Of a stretch of DNA of 64,000 nt, positions 31,693-40,520 are shown piece by piece. The translations under genes were made by a program, and so were the position numbers. The notes below the pieces were generated by a model. The model was given only the letters and a program-made list of their open reading frames with translations, was not told the DNA's origin and ran no database searches. The number at the start of each line of letters is the position of its first letter. Position 1 is the first letter of the stretch. The DNA is taken from contig JAHFEG010000010.1 of assembly GCA_023248595.1 (NCBI GenBank), forward strand, positions 1,092 to 65,091, given 5' to 3'. Origin of the DNA: Myxococcales bacterium (GTDB lineage: Bacteria; Myxococcota; UBA727; JABDBI01).

Positions 31693-33048
31693 TTAAGGAT
31701 AAAGCCTGTCCAAAGTTCTGGCAAAGGCAATGGTTTCCCGAACATGATGCAGACCGCATAGCCAGGCAACGGTGCGTTCAACTCCTAGACCAAATCCAGC
31801 ATGGGGCACAGAGCCATAGCGTCGTAAATCTAAAAACCACTCTAAATCATTTTGATTTAATCCATGCTTCTCAATTTCTTTTAAAAGAAATTCCAGATTG
31901 TCTTCACGTTCACCGCCACCAATAATTTCTCCATAACCTTCTGGCGCTAAAATATCCACGCATTTGGCGACTTTGGGATTTTGTGGATCTTTTTTCATGT
32001 AAAATGCTTTTACTTGAGAGGGAAACCCATAAACAATCAGTGGTTTATCAAAACGTTTGGTTAACTCAGTTTCGTGTGGTGAACCAAAATCCATGCCCCA
32101 TTCAATGTGCATTAATTTTTTGGTCTCTTCGTCGGTGACTTCTTTTTGGATTTCTTGAATCATGAGCACGGCTTCATCGTAACTCAGTCTTGGGAAAGGC
32201 TTCTTTACATTTTTTAGAATCGTTAAATCCCGTTCTAAAATTTCTGTGAGATCTTTTTCGTGTTTATTTAAAACAACTTCGACGACGTAGCATAGGAAGT
32301 CTTCGGCCAGCTGCATGTCGCCTTCGAGATCCATGAAGGCCACTTCAGGCTCTACCATCCAAAATTCATTTAAGTGTCGTCTGGTTTTACTTTTTTCTGC
32401 TCGAAAAGTAGGGCCAAAACAGTAGGTTTTTCCAAAGGCCATTGCGGTTGCTTCTTGATAGAGTTGGCCGGATTGGGACAGATAGGCTTTGCGTTCATCA
32501 AACCACTCTGTTTCAAATAGAGTTGAAGTTCCTTCGCAGGCATTTGGAGTGAAAATAGGGCTGTCGACGAGTAAAAAATCGTGGTTATCAAAATAATCGC
32601 GGATAGCTCTAATGATGGTCGCGCGAATCCGTAAAATGGCATGTTGTCTTCTTGATCTGAGCCATAAGTGGCGATGATCCATCAAAAAGGCGTCGCCGTG
32701 TTCTTTCTTGGCGATAGGATAATCAACAGATTTTCCCACAAGCGTGACAGAAGTCACTTGCAGTTCATGTCCACAAAAGGGAGCGCGGTCATCTTTTTTA
32801 ACGATGCCAGATAAAATAATGGAGGATTCTTGGGTTAAAGAACTCGCTAGCTCAAACATTTCTTCGCTGACGTCTTGCTTGCTGAGCACGCATTGCATAA
32901 AGCCTGAACCATCACGCATCTGTAAAAATTGGATTTTACCGGAACCGCGTTTATTATAGAGCCAACCTTTTAAGGTTATTTCTTGCCCAACATGGTCTGC
33001 AATGGCTGATATGCGAACCCAATTTTTTGATAATTCATTGGTAATCAT
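31693..33048 (-). CDS. asnS: asparagine--tRNA ligase
   Basis: 451 aa. Collinear with E. coli AsnS ([47 protein letters not shown]). Confidence 0.9.
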   Translation of the reverse strand: MITNELSKNWVRISAIADHVGQEITLKGWLYNKRGSGKIQFLQMRDGSGFMQCVLSKQDVSEEMFELASSLTQESSIILSGIVKKDDRAPFCGHELQVTSVTLVGKSVDYPIAKKEHGDAFLMDHRHLWLRSRRQHAILRIRATIIRAIRDYFDNHDFLLVDSPIFTPNACEGTSTLFETEWFDERKAYLSQSGQLYQEATAMAFGKTYCFGPTFRAEKSKTRRHLNEFWMVEPEVAFMDLEGDMQLAEDFLCYVVEVVLNKHEKDLTEILERDLTILKNVKKPFPRLSYDEAVLMIQEIQKEVTDEETKKLMHIEWGMDFGSPHETELTKRFDKPLIVYGFPSQVKAFYMKKDPQNPKVAKCVDILAPEGYGEIIGGGEREDNLEFLLKEIEKHGLNQNDLEWFLDLRRYGSVPHAGFGLGVERTVAWLCGLHHVRETIAFARTLDRLYP

Positions 33049-33190
33049 GGCTTCCTCATTTGCATTAAGCGTGCTCTTGTAGAGTCAGGGTCTTGCCTAG
33101 CAGGCTTAGGTCATTTTAACAATTGACAAAAAGTCAGGACCTTCACACAATCGTATCTTCAATTTGTAGCAATGTCCTGGGAGGATTAAA

Positions 33191-33826
33191 ATGGAACCTT
33201 TTCGTCTGATGAAAATGGGGATGATCGAGATGATTTGCGGACCCATGTTTTCCGGAAAAACGGAAGAATTGATCCGTCGTTTAAGGCGGGCGAAAATTGC
33301 TCGTCAGCGTGTGATTGTGTTTAAGCCCAGCTTGGATAACCGCTACGATGAAATTCAAATTGTAAGCCATTCTGCCCAACGCATCCCTTCGATTCCGGTT
33401 GAAGACCCAGCGATGATGGAACATTGCTTAAAGCAACTCGCATTTCCTGTCGAGGTTATCGGTATTGATGAAGCTCAGTTTTTTGATAACAGCTTAATTC
33501 CTTTGGTAGAAACTTGGGCCAACTCTGGCATAAGAGTGGTGGTTGCAGGGCTCGATCAAGATTATTTAGGGCAGCCATTTGGCCCAATTCCGCATCTATT
33601 AGCCATTGCGGATATGGTGACAAAGCAGTATGCCGTTTGTGTTTTATGTGGTGCTCCAGCAACGAAGTCTCAACGTGTTTTGGCGAATCATCAAAAAACA
33701 CAGTCTGGTGAAAAAGTATTAGTTGGGGCGCACGATGCTTATGAAGCACGCTGTCGTGGTTGTCATGTGTGTGGCGTCGACAAAGCTGTTACTGTTTCTC
33801 GCGAAAACGATACGACTGCAGTCTAA
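33191..33826 (+). CDS. tdk: thymidine kinase
   Basis: 211 aa. P-loop 'GPMFSGKTEEL', C-terminal zinc ribbon 'CVLCG...CRGC'. Confidence 0.88.
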   Translation: MEPFRLMKMGMIEMICGPMFSGKTEELIRRLRRAKIARQRVIVFKPSLDNRYDEIQIVSHSAQRIPSIPVEDPAMMEHCLKQLAFPVEVIGIDEAQFFDNSLIPLVETWANSGIRVVVAGLDQDYLGQPFGPIPHLLAIADMVTKQYAVCVLCGAPATKSQRVLANHQKTQSGEKVLVGAHDAYEARCRGCHVCGVDKAVTVSRENDTTAV

Positions 33827-33868
33827 GCATCGTTTAAGCATGCAGTGTTGCTCGTTTGAGGAGATGAA

Positions 33869-34702
33869 ATGTTAAAAGCAAAGGATTATGTTGATTGTGC
33901 CTATCTGGATTTGCCGCGTGAGCTTGCGGAGATTGAGCATGCTTACGGATCGCGTGTGCACATATTATCGGATCCATTTTTGCTGACGCATTTGGCTTTC
34001 TTGTGTGAAGAAAGAACGAAACAGCCAACAGTGAATGAAATTGTACGCGACTTGTATCAGTATTTAATCAAAGCTGTTTTGAATGCTGAATTTCCTCGTG
34101 TCGTGACTCAAGTTGAAACGCGAATGGCACAGTTTTCTAGCAGGGGTGTTTGGACTGGACAGATTATCGAGCAAAAAGTGCCGACGGTGACCGTCAATGT
34201 GATGCGTGCAGGGACTTTGCCAAGTCAGGTTTGTTTTGATTATTTAAATAAGACGATTGATCCCCAATATGTACGCCAAGATCACATCGTCATGTCGCGC
34301 GTTATCGATGAAAATGGCAAAGTAAAGGGAACTTATCTGGGGGACAGCAAAATCGGGGGCTCTGTTGATAATGCTTTTGTGATTTTTCCAGATCCCATGG
34401 GTGCAACCGGTGGCTCTTTGTGTGACGCCATTCATCATTATAAGAAAAATGTTCCGGGTAAAGCGCGCAGATATTTAACGGTTAATTTGATTGTGACACC
34501 TGAGTATTTAAGAAGGATGAAAGTCGAGCACCCCGATGTGGTTGTCTATGCTTTGCGGTTGGATCGAGGAGCCTCCCCTGTCGAAATTTTAAAGAAAAAA
34601 CCAGGTGTGCGTTGGAGCGAAGAAAGCGGCTTGACCGATAAAGATTACATTGTTCCAGGCGCGGGCGGGCTTGGAGAGATTATGAATAATACCATTTGTT
34701 AA
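33869..34702 (+). CDS. upp: uracil phosphoribosyltransferase-like protein with ~70-aa N-terminal extension
   Basis: 277 aa. PRPP/uracil motif 'FPDPMGATGGSL' and C-terminal 'YIVPGAGGLGE' match UPRTase. Confidence 0.65.
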   Translation: MLKAKDYVDCAYLDLPRELAEIEHAYGSRVHILSDPFLLTHLAFLCEERTKQPTVNEIVRDLYQYLIKAVLNAEFPRVVTQVETRMAQFSSRGVWTGQIIEQKVPTVTVNVMRAGTLPSQVCFDYLNKTIDPQYVRQDHIVMSRVIDENGKVKGTYLGDSKIGGSVDNAFVIFPDPMGATGGSLCDAIHHYKKNVPGKARRYLTVNLIVTPEYLRRMKVEHPDVVVYALRLDRGASPVEILKKKPGVRWSEESGLTDKDYIVPGAGGLGEIMNNTIC

Positions 34703-34711
34703 GGATTAACG

Positions 34712-35257
34712 ATGCCAAAGAAAAAAGAACCATTGATTCGTGTCTTACTTTCTAAAGAAGAAATTGAAAAACGTGTTGCTTTGCTTGGTCAAGAAATTTC
34801 AAAAAAATACTTCAATTTAGAAGAGCCTTTGATTTTAGTTGGCATTTTAAAGGGCAGTGTCATTTTTTTATCAGACTTATGTCGCGCTATTTCCTTGCCC
34901 GTTGAATTGGAATTTATGGGTGTCTCTTCTTATGGAGATGAAACGGAATCTTCGGGTGTTGTGCAAATTACGCAGGATTTGACCAGGCCAATTAAAGGAC
35001 GGCATGTTCTTTTAGTGGAAGATATCGTGGATACGGGGCTGACCGCAAAATATTTGCTTAAGCATTTTCGAACATGCGAACCGGCCAGTGTAGCGATGTG
35101 TTCATTGTTAGAAAAGCCAGGCAAAAGCAATGGAGAAATTTTAATTGATTTTCTAGGATTTTCTATCCCCGATGATTTTGTCGTGGGGTATGGACTTGAT
35201 TTTGCCGGAATCTATCGAAATCTTCCTTACGTCGGCATTGTTGAAACTTCCACCTAA
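34712..35257 (+). CDS. hpt: hypoxanthine-guanine phosphoribosyltransferase
   Basis: 181 aa. PRTase motif 'VLLVEDIVDTGLT'. Confidence 0.82.
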   Translation: MPKKKEPLIRVLLSKEEIEKRVALLGQEISKKYFNLEEPLILVGILKGSVIFLSDLCRAISLPVELEFMGVSSYGDETESSGVVQITQDLTRPIKGRHVLLVEDIVDTGLTAKYLLKHFRTCEPASVAMCSLLEKPGKSNGEILIDFLGFSIPDDFVVGYGLDFAGIYRNLPYVGIVETST

Positions 35258-35294
35258 TCTTTAATATTATGCAGTCTCCAAAATAAGAAGTCGC

Positions 35295-36110
35295 TTGATA
35301 TTTGTTTCTATAGCTCCATTTGGACAAAGGAAAAATATGAAGAGATTATTGGTTTTGGTTGGCGCGTTATTGACTGTTTTAGTTGGCACTTCAGCAGCTG
35401 CTTATGATTTTAGCGAAGCAGATGCTTTATTTAAACAACGTGAAAATAATTTAAGTGCAATTGGTAAAGCACGCGGTCTTTATGAACAAGCATTGAGTGG
35501 TTCTTCAAAAGAAGATTTGATGCATGCAGTAGAACGCTTGGGAAAACTTGCTTACTACGAGGGTGACTTGTTGCTTTCACAAGGTGAAAGTTCCAAGCGT
35601 AAACAAATTTTTTCTAAATGTCTTGAACATGTCGAAAGTATTAACCCATCAAAAATCGGGAAAACCGGTACTTACTTCTACTGGAAGACAGCTTGTCTGG
35701 CACTTTGGGGACGTGCAGCAGGTATGATTTCTGCAGCAGGTAGACTAGGAGAGCTGAAAGACAGCATGAAACAAGGGCTCGAATTTGATGCTGAATACGC
35801 AGGTGGTGGGATGCATCGTGTGGTCGCGACGATTCATTTGCGTGCTAGCTGGCTGAGTGGTCTTCAAAATTACGAGAAGGCATTGTTGCAAATTAATGAA
35901 GCCATTGCCAAAGGCCCAGAATATTTCAATGTTTACGTTGTGAAAGCGGAGATTTTAAAAGCTTTGGATCGTGACAATGAAGCATTACAGGTTTTGGAAA
36001 CGGCTAAACGTGAATTAGAAAGATTGGAACGGGCCAAACAATTGCCAGCTAACTTAGAGCCTGAAACCAGAGTGTTTTTAAAACAGATTAAAGAAGCTTT
36101 GCGGAATTAA
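35295..36110 (+). CDS. TPR-like repeat lipoprotein/periplasmic protein
   Basis: 271 aa. Signal peptide, helical repeat composition. Confidence 0.45.
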   Translation: MIFVSIAPFGQRKNMKRLLVLVGALLTVLVGTSAAAYDFSEADALFKQRENNLSAIGKARGLYEQALSGSSKEDLMHAVERLGKLAYYEGDLLLSQGESSKRKQIFSKCLEHVESINPSKIGKTGTYFYWKTACLALWGRAAGMISAAGRLGELKDSMKQGLEFDAEYAGGGMHRVVATIHLRASWLSGLQNYEKALLQINEAIAKGPEYFNVYVVKAEILKALDRDNEALQVLETAKRELERLERAKQLPANLEPETRVFLKQIKEALRN

Positions 36111-36143
36111 TAAGTGTTATAGCTTCTTCGGCTAATGTTTCCT

Positions 36144-36208
36144 CGTCATTCCGGAACAAGTCCGGAATCCACAAAATCCTGGATCCCGCACCAAGTGCGG
36201 GATGACAA
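36144..36208. repeat. REP/MITE-like composite palindromic repeat, copy B
   Basis: gtcattccggaacaagtccggaatcc ... ggatcccgcaccaagtgcgggatgacaa. Lies between convergent TPR and sodB genes. Confidence 0.7.
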
Positions 36209-36252
36209 TGTTGCTGGTCATTTCCATTGTACTGGCAATGACGACGTTGCTC

Positions 36253-36879
36253 CTACAAATTCTTATTGGCAAAATCCCAGTTAACAAGATTCCACCAAGC
36301 TTCCACGTATTTGGCCCGGGCATTACGGTAGTCGATGTAATACGCGTGTTCCCAAACGTCACAGGTTAGCAGCGATTTTTTTCCTGTTTTAAGAGGACTG
36401 TCAGCATTGGAGGTTGTTTCGATAGTCAAACCGCCTTTGTCGTCTTTCACCAGCCAAGCCCAACCCGAACCAAATTGGCCGATGGCAGCTTTGCTAAATT
36501 GCTCTTTAAATACAGAAAATGAGCCGAAAGACTGATTGATCGCCTCAGCAATTTTTCCAGTAGGCTCACCGCCTCCTTGAGGAGATAAGCTGTTCCAGTA
36601 AAATGTATGATTCCATACTTGAGCGGCATTGTTGAAAATTCCGCCAGTTTGCGTTTTAATTAATTCTTCCAGCGACTTGTTAGCAAGCTCTGAACCTTGG
36701 GTTAGATTGTTGAGATTGGTTACATAGGTTTGATGATGTTTGCCGTGGTGATATTCGAGTGTTTCCTCGGAAATATGAGGAGCCAGGGCATTTTTTGCGT
36801 AGGGTAATTCAGGTAAGTTAAACGGCATAATTTTTTTCTCCAATGAAGGGCCATTAACTTTTTGAATCGTGCTGTGCAA
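36253..36879 (-). CDS. sodB: Fe/Mn superoxide dismutase
   Basis: Motifs 'MPFNLPELPY...HHGKHHQTYV' and 'DVWEHAYY'. Real start probably at Met 36828. Confidence 0.9.
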   Translation of the reverse strand: MHSTIQKVNGPSLEKKIMPFNLPELPYAKNALAPHISEETLEYHHGKHHQTYVTNLNNLTQGSELANKSLEELIKTQTGGIFNNAAQVWNHTFYWNSLSPQGGGEPTGKIAEAINQSFGSFSVFKEQFSKAAIGQFGSGWAWLVKDDKGGLTIETTSNADSPLKTGKKSLLTCDVWEHAYYIDYRNARAKYVEAWWNLVNWDFANKNL

Positions 36880-37597
36880 GGCAAAGTATTTTTAAAATTT
36901 CTTGTGTATCTAAAGTAAAATCCCATTTTCCAAGCCGTGTTGGTTTGGTTTTTAAGGATTGTTTCAGTAATTTTAAAAACTGTGCTCTTGAGCAATGCTG
37001 AGCACCAAAGCGTGCCAAATGATCGGTTTGTGATTGGCAATCAACTAAGTCAAAATCCCAATGAAGTAAATGAGCAAGCAAAGTCGCGAAAGCGATTTTG
37101 GAGGCATTGGGCTTTAAGGCAAACATGGATTCGCCAAAAAAAAATCCACCTAAAGAAATACCGTAAAGTCCGCCAACCAATTGGTCACCGCTGAATGCTT
37201 CGATACTGTGCGCAAATCCTTTTTTATGCAGTTGCGTGTAGCCATCAATCACCCCAGGCGTAATCCAAGTTCCATCTTGCCCAGGTCGATAGCTACTCGA
37301 GCAATGTTCCATGACTTGGGTAAAAGCAGTGTCGCAGGCCATGCGATATGGTTCCTGGCGTATTGCTTTTCGTAAACTTTTTCCGATAAGTGCTTTGTTT
37401 GGTTCCAAAACAAATCGAGGATTGGGACAAAACCACAACAGGGGATAGCCTTCGTGTGGCCACGGAAAAATGCCTTGGCTGTAAGCAAGCAAAAGACGCT
37501 CAGGATTTAAATCGCCACCGACTGCCAGGATGCCGTCCTTGGATGCCAAGTGTCGAGGCGGAAAAACAAAATCATCACTGAGTTCAAAAATAGGCAT
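36854..37597 (-). CDS. aat: leucyl/phenylalanyl-tRNA--protein transferase
   Basis: 247 aa. 'GIFPWPHEGYPLLWFCPNPRFVL' and 'GESMFA' motifs. Confidence 0.85.
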   Translation of the reverse strand: MPIFELSDDFVFPPRHLASKDGILAVGGDLNPERLLLAYSQGIFPWPHEGYPLLWFCPNPRFVLEPNKALIGKSLRKAIRQEPYRMACDTAFTQVMEHCSSSYRPGQDGTWITPGVIDGYTQLHKKGFAHSIEAFSGDQLVGGLYGISLGGFFFGESMFALKPNASKIAFATLLAHLLHWDFDLVDCQSQTDHLARFGAQHCSRAQFLKLLKQSLKTKPTRLGKWDFTLDTQEILKILCLAQHDSKS

Positions 37598-37602
37598 GAT
37601 TT

Positions 37603-38370
37603 CTAATTAATTCCAAAAACGCTTTGCGCATTTTTTCCAGTTTGCAAGATAACCTCATCGACTAAGATGCCCTTCAGTTCAGCAATTTTTTTTGCCACTA
37701 AAAGAACAAAACCAGGTTCATTACGCTTACCGCGATGCGGCATAGGAGCCAAATAAGGAGAATCAGTCTCGACCAACAAATGTTCCAAGGGAATTTGGCT
37801 AACAACTTCGGGCAGTTCACCAGGCTCTTTGAAGGTCACCACACCAGAGATAGAAAGCAAACATCCCAGATCAATCATCTGCTTTGCTTGTGCAAGGGTA
37901 CCCGTAAAACAATGAATAATTGTTTTAGTGCGTTGCTGCTCATGTTCTTTTAAAATGGCCAGGCAATCATCCCAAGCATCCCGCACGTGAATGACGAGTG
38001 GTTTTTTAAGTTCATATGCCAATTGAATTTGGCTTTTAAACACATGCAGTTGAGCTTCTTTGGGCGAATGGTTGTAGTAATAGTCAAGCCCGCATTCTCC
38101 GATGGCCACGCATCTTGGATGACGCGCGATTGTGCGCAATTGTTCTATAAAATCTTGAGGCACTTTTGCGGCTTCGTGGGGATGAATACCGCTTGAGAAA
38201 TAAACATCAGGATGCACGATGGAAAGGCTCATGGCCCGAATCGAATTAGCAATATCGCAGCCAATGGTTATAAAACGGGACACCCCAATTTGCCTTGCAC
38301 GTGCAATGGTTTTTTCTCGTTCATGATCAAAACGCTTATCATCTAAATGGCAATGTGTATCAATCAACAT
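37603..38370 (-). CDS. tatD: TatD-family metal-dependent DNase
   Basis: 255 aa. 'MLIDTHCHLD', 'GECGLDY', 'HCFTG'. Confidence 0.85.
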   Translation of the reverse strand: MLIDTHCHLDDKRFDHEREKTIARARQIGVSRFITIGCDIANSIRAMSLSIVHPDVYFSSGIHPHEAAKVPQDFIEQLRTIARHPRCVAIGECGLDYYYNHSPKEAQLHVFKSQIQLAYELKKPLVIHVRDAWDDCLAILKEHEQQRTKTIIHCFTGTLAQAKQMIDLGCLLSISGVVTFKEPGELPEVVSQIPLEHLLVETDSPYLAPMPHRGKRNEPGFVLLVAKKIAELKGILVDEVILQTGKNAQSVFGIN

Positions 38371-38425
38371 TAACGACCTGCCTCTTGCTGGTAAATCAGA
38401 TTATTGCTACACGAGCATATATAAG

Positions 38426-39448
38426 ATGTCATGTGGGGTAAAGAGTAAGACAATGCCGAAAAATTATAGCGATTGGTTACAATTGCAAAAATCAGATTTA
38501 CCGCCAGTTATTGCACTTGGTGGAGAAGAGCGGGTATTTGTAGAAGAGGCTGTGGCAAATTTAAAAAAACGTGTGCTTGCTGCTGGCCTGGAAGATTTCA
38601 ACAGTGACACTTTAAGTGGCAGAAGCACGACCGTGGATGCAATTGTCGGCAGTGCCAATTCTTTTCCAATCATGGCCTCGCATCGCCTGGTTTTAGTGAA
38701 AGATGCAGAGCATATTAAAGCAGATGATTTAGGTCTTTTAGAAAACTATTTCAAAAAGCCATCGTTAACGACCGTGTTGGTTTTTATTTTTGATACCATT
38801 GATTCCAGGCAGAAATTTCCTAAATTGCTTGATGCGACCGGTGGCTTGTTTCAGTTTGATCACCCTCGAGAAGATCAAATGTTAAAACTCATTCAAAGAC
38901 GCGCAGAACGACATCAATTAATTTGCGATGATGAAACAGCTTTTGTGTTGCTGATGGAAATTGGAAACGATTTGCTGATGTTGGAACGCGCCTTAGAAAA
39001 ATTAGTAATTGCTTGTGAGTCCAAAAAAGTTCGTGTGCAAGATATTGTCGATCAGATTTCTGAAACGAGAATTATGGATGCCTTTGCTTTGGGAAAAGCT
39101 GTGGCTTTGGGAGATCGGACAAAGGCCGCAATGTGCTTGGCAAAATTAAGCATGGCGAGAGAAGTTCCGCTCAAACTTGTTGGAATGCTGGCTTGGCAAT
39201 TAAGACAAGTTCTCAGAGCACGTGTGCTTTTAGATAACGGTTTGAGTGAAAGTGAATTGGGTAAAGAGCTTGGCGTTTTTGGTGATCGGTTAAAGCCAGT
39301 GATATTAGCGGCACGCAAATGGAAAGCCCCAACACATATTTCAAGATTAGATCGTCTTTATCAACTCGATAAAGAGTTGAAGCGTTCCAGAGCACCAGCC
39401 TGGCTGTGGCTGGAACGTGTGGTTTTTCAACTTTGCCCCAAAGTCTGA
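38426..39448 (+). CDS. holA: DNA polymerase III delta subunit (probable)
   Basis: 340 aa. Size and helical architecture typical. Weak motif support. Confidence 0.55.
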   Translation: MSCGVKSKTMPKNYSDWLQLQKSDLPPVIALGGEERVFVEEAVANLKKRVLAAGLEDFNSDTLSGRSTTVDAIVGSANSFPIMASHRLVLVKDAEHIKADDLGLLENYFKKPSLTTVLVFIFDTIDSRQKFPKLLDATGGLFQFDHPREDQMLKLIQRRAERHQLICDDETAFVLLMEIGNDLLMLERALEKLVIACESKKVRVQDIVDQISETRIMDAFALGKAVALGDRTKAAMCLAKLSMAREVPLKLVGMLAWQLRQVLRARVLLDNGLSESELGKELGVFGDRLKPVILAARKWKAPTHISRLDRLYQLDKELKRSRAPAWLWLERVVFQLCPKV

Positions 39449-39591
39449 GTGAATTTTTTTCAACCGACCGATTGCATTCAAATTTAGTTTTAATTTATGA
39501 TTTTTTTACTGCTTTGATTCACATGGTGTGCATCAAAAAAAGTACCGCGCCAATACCCTAGTAAAGTTAAGGCGCGGCAGATCCACTTTAT

Positions 39592-39621
39592 GGAGTCGAG
39601 AAAAACTAACATCTCGACTCC
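39592..39621. promoter_or_regulatory. perfect 10-bp inverted repeat (GGAGTCGAGA-N10-TCTCGACTCC) upstream of island ORF; a second IR (CCGCGCC-N19-GGCGCGG) at 39545-39577
   Basis: Read directly from the sequence. Located in the 210-bp gap between holA and the 251-aa ORF. Confidence 0.4.
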
Positions 39622-39658
39622 ACATGTCAAGCTTGGTTAAAAGCTTGGGAGTGTTGTT

Positions 39659-40414
39659 ATGACAAATACAGTTTGTTTGCCTGTAGAAATTATTCGCAAC
39701 TTTAATTTATCGCCACGTGCCAGGCTTGTCTGGGCAGAGCTTTCTTTGTTGCCCAAAGGCGCTGTTGGCGAGTTCGTCGTCAAAGCAAAAGAGCTTAGCA
39801 AGTTGTTGGGAATTTGTGATAGCACCTTGCGTCGTGCCGTGAAAGCACTGGAAGAAGCGGGGTTGATTCAGTGTGTTGGGCTTTTTGAGAAACGCCACAA
39901 GAAATATGTGTTTAAATTATATGCTTGTCATTCCGGACTCGTTCCGGAATCCATCCCAAGCACTGAAAACCTGGATGCCAGCCTGCGCTGGCATGACAAA
40001 CAAGAGCAGCCAGCTCCCTGTCCAATTACACCGTTTAGTAATTGGAAAGAAACATACAAAGAATTAAAAGCACAAATGAAACCCGAGCCCACACCAAAAC
40101 CAGAACCAGAACGGAAAGTGGATCTAAGTGAAACTGATTTGCTGCGCATGAAATATCGCTTTGCCAATGGAAAACCCTGCAGCGATGACAAGCCAAAACT
40201 TGCTTACGCTGAGCAGCTCTACAACTTTTATCAAAATCAATGGCGTGCTCAATTTCCACTTTTAAACGGTAAAGACAACCGCCCGCTTTTAGATGCTGGT
40301 CTCATCGAATATATTATCATGAACGAACCAGCGAATGTTGCCGGTGGAAAAATGATGGACATTGTCGACAGGGAGTTGCAACGCTTTACCGACTTTCCTA
40401 TCGATAGGACATAA
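39659..40414 (+). CDS. phage/plasmid-like winged-HTH protein carrying an in-frame palindromic repeat element
   Basis: 251 aa. N-terminal wHTH-like region (LSPRARLVWAELSLL...ELSKLLGICDSTLRRAVKALEEAGLI). Residues ~89-113 (YACHSGLVPESIPSTENLDASLRWH) are the translation of repeat copy C. Confidence 0.45.
   Translation: MTNTVCLPVEIIRNFNLSPRARLVWAELSLLPKGAVGEFVVKAKELSKLLGICDSTLRRAVKALEEAGLIQCVGLFEKRHKKYVFKLYACHSGLVPESIPSTENLDASLRWHDKQEQPAPCPITPFSNWKETYKELKAQMKPEPTPKPEPERKVDLSETDLLRMKYRFANGKPCSDDKPKLAYAEQLYNFYQNQWRAQFPLLNGKDNRPLLDAGLIEYIIMNEPANVAGGKMMDIVDRELQRFTDFPIDRT
39926..39999. repeat. REP/MITE-like composite palindromic repeat, copy C (inside the ORF)
   Basis: tgtcattccggactcgttccggaatcc ... 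ctggatgccagcctgcgctggcatgacaa. Confidence 0.7.
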
Positions 40415-40437
40415 GCGTTCACTGATTCGTTTTTTGA

Positions 40438-40464
40438 TCATGGTCGGACCAAGCCCGACCATGA
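40438..40464. repeat. short palindromic hairpin repeat, copy 2 (TCATGGTCGGACCAAGCCCGACCATGA)
   Basis: Reverse-orientation match to 21993-22017. Lies between convergent genes, so it may act as a bidirectional terminator. Confidence 0.7.
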
Positions 40465-40520
40465 CACAACACTCCAAACTGAAACCATACGCAGAGAACT
40501 CATTTATATAGCCAGCGTTT

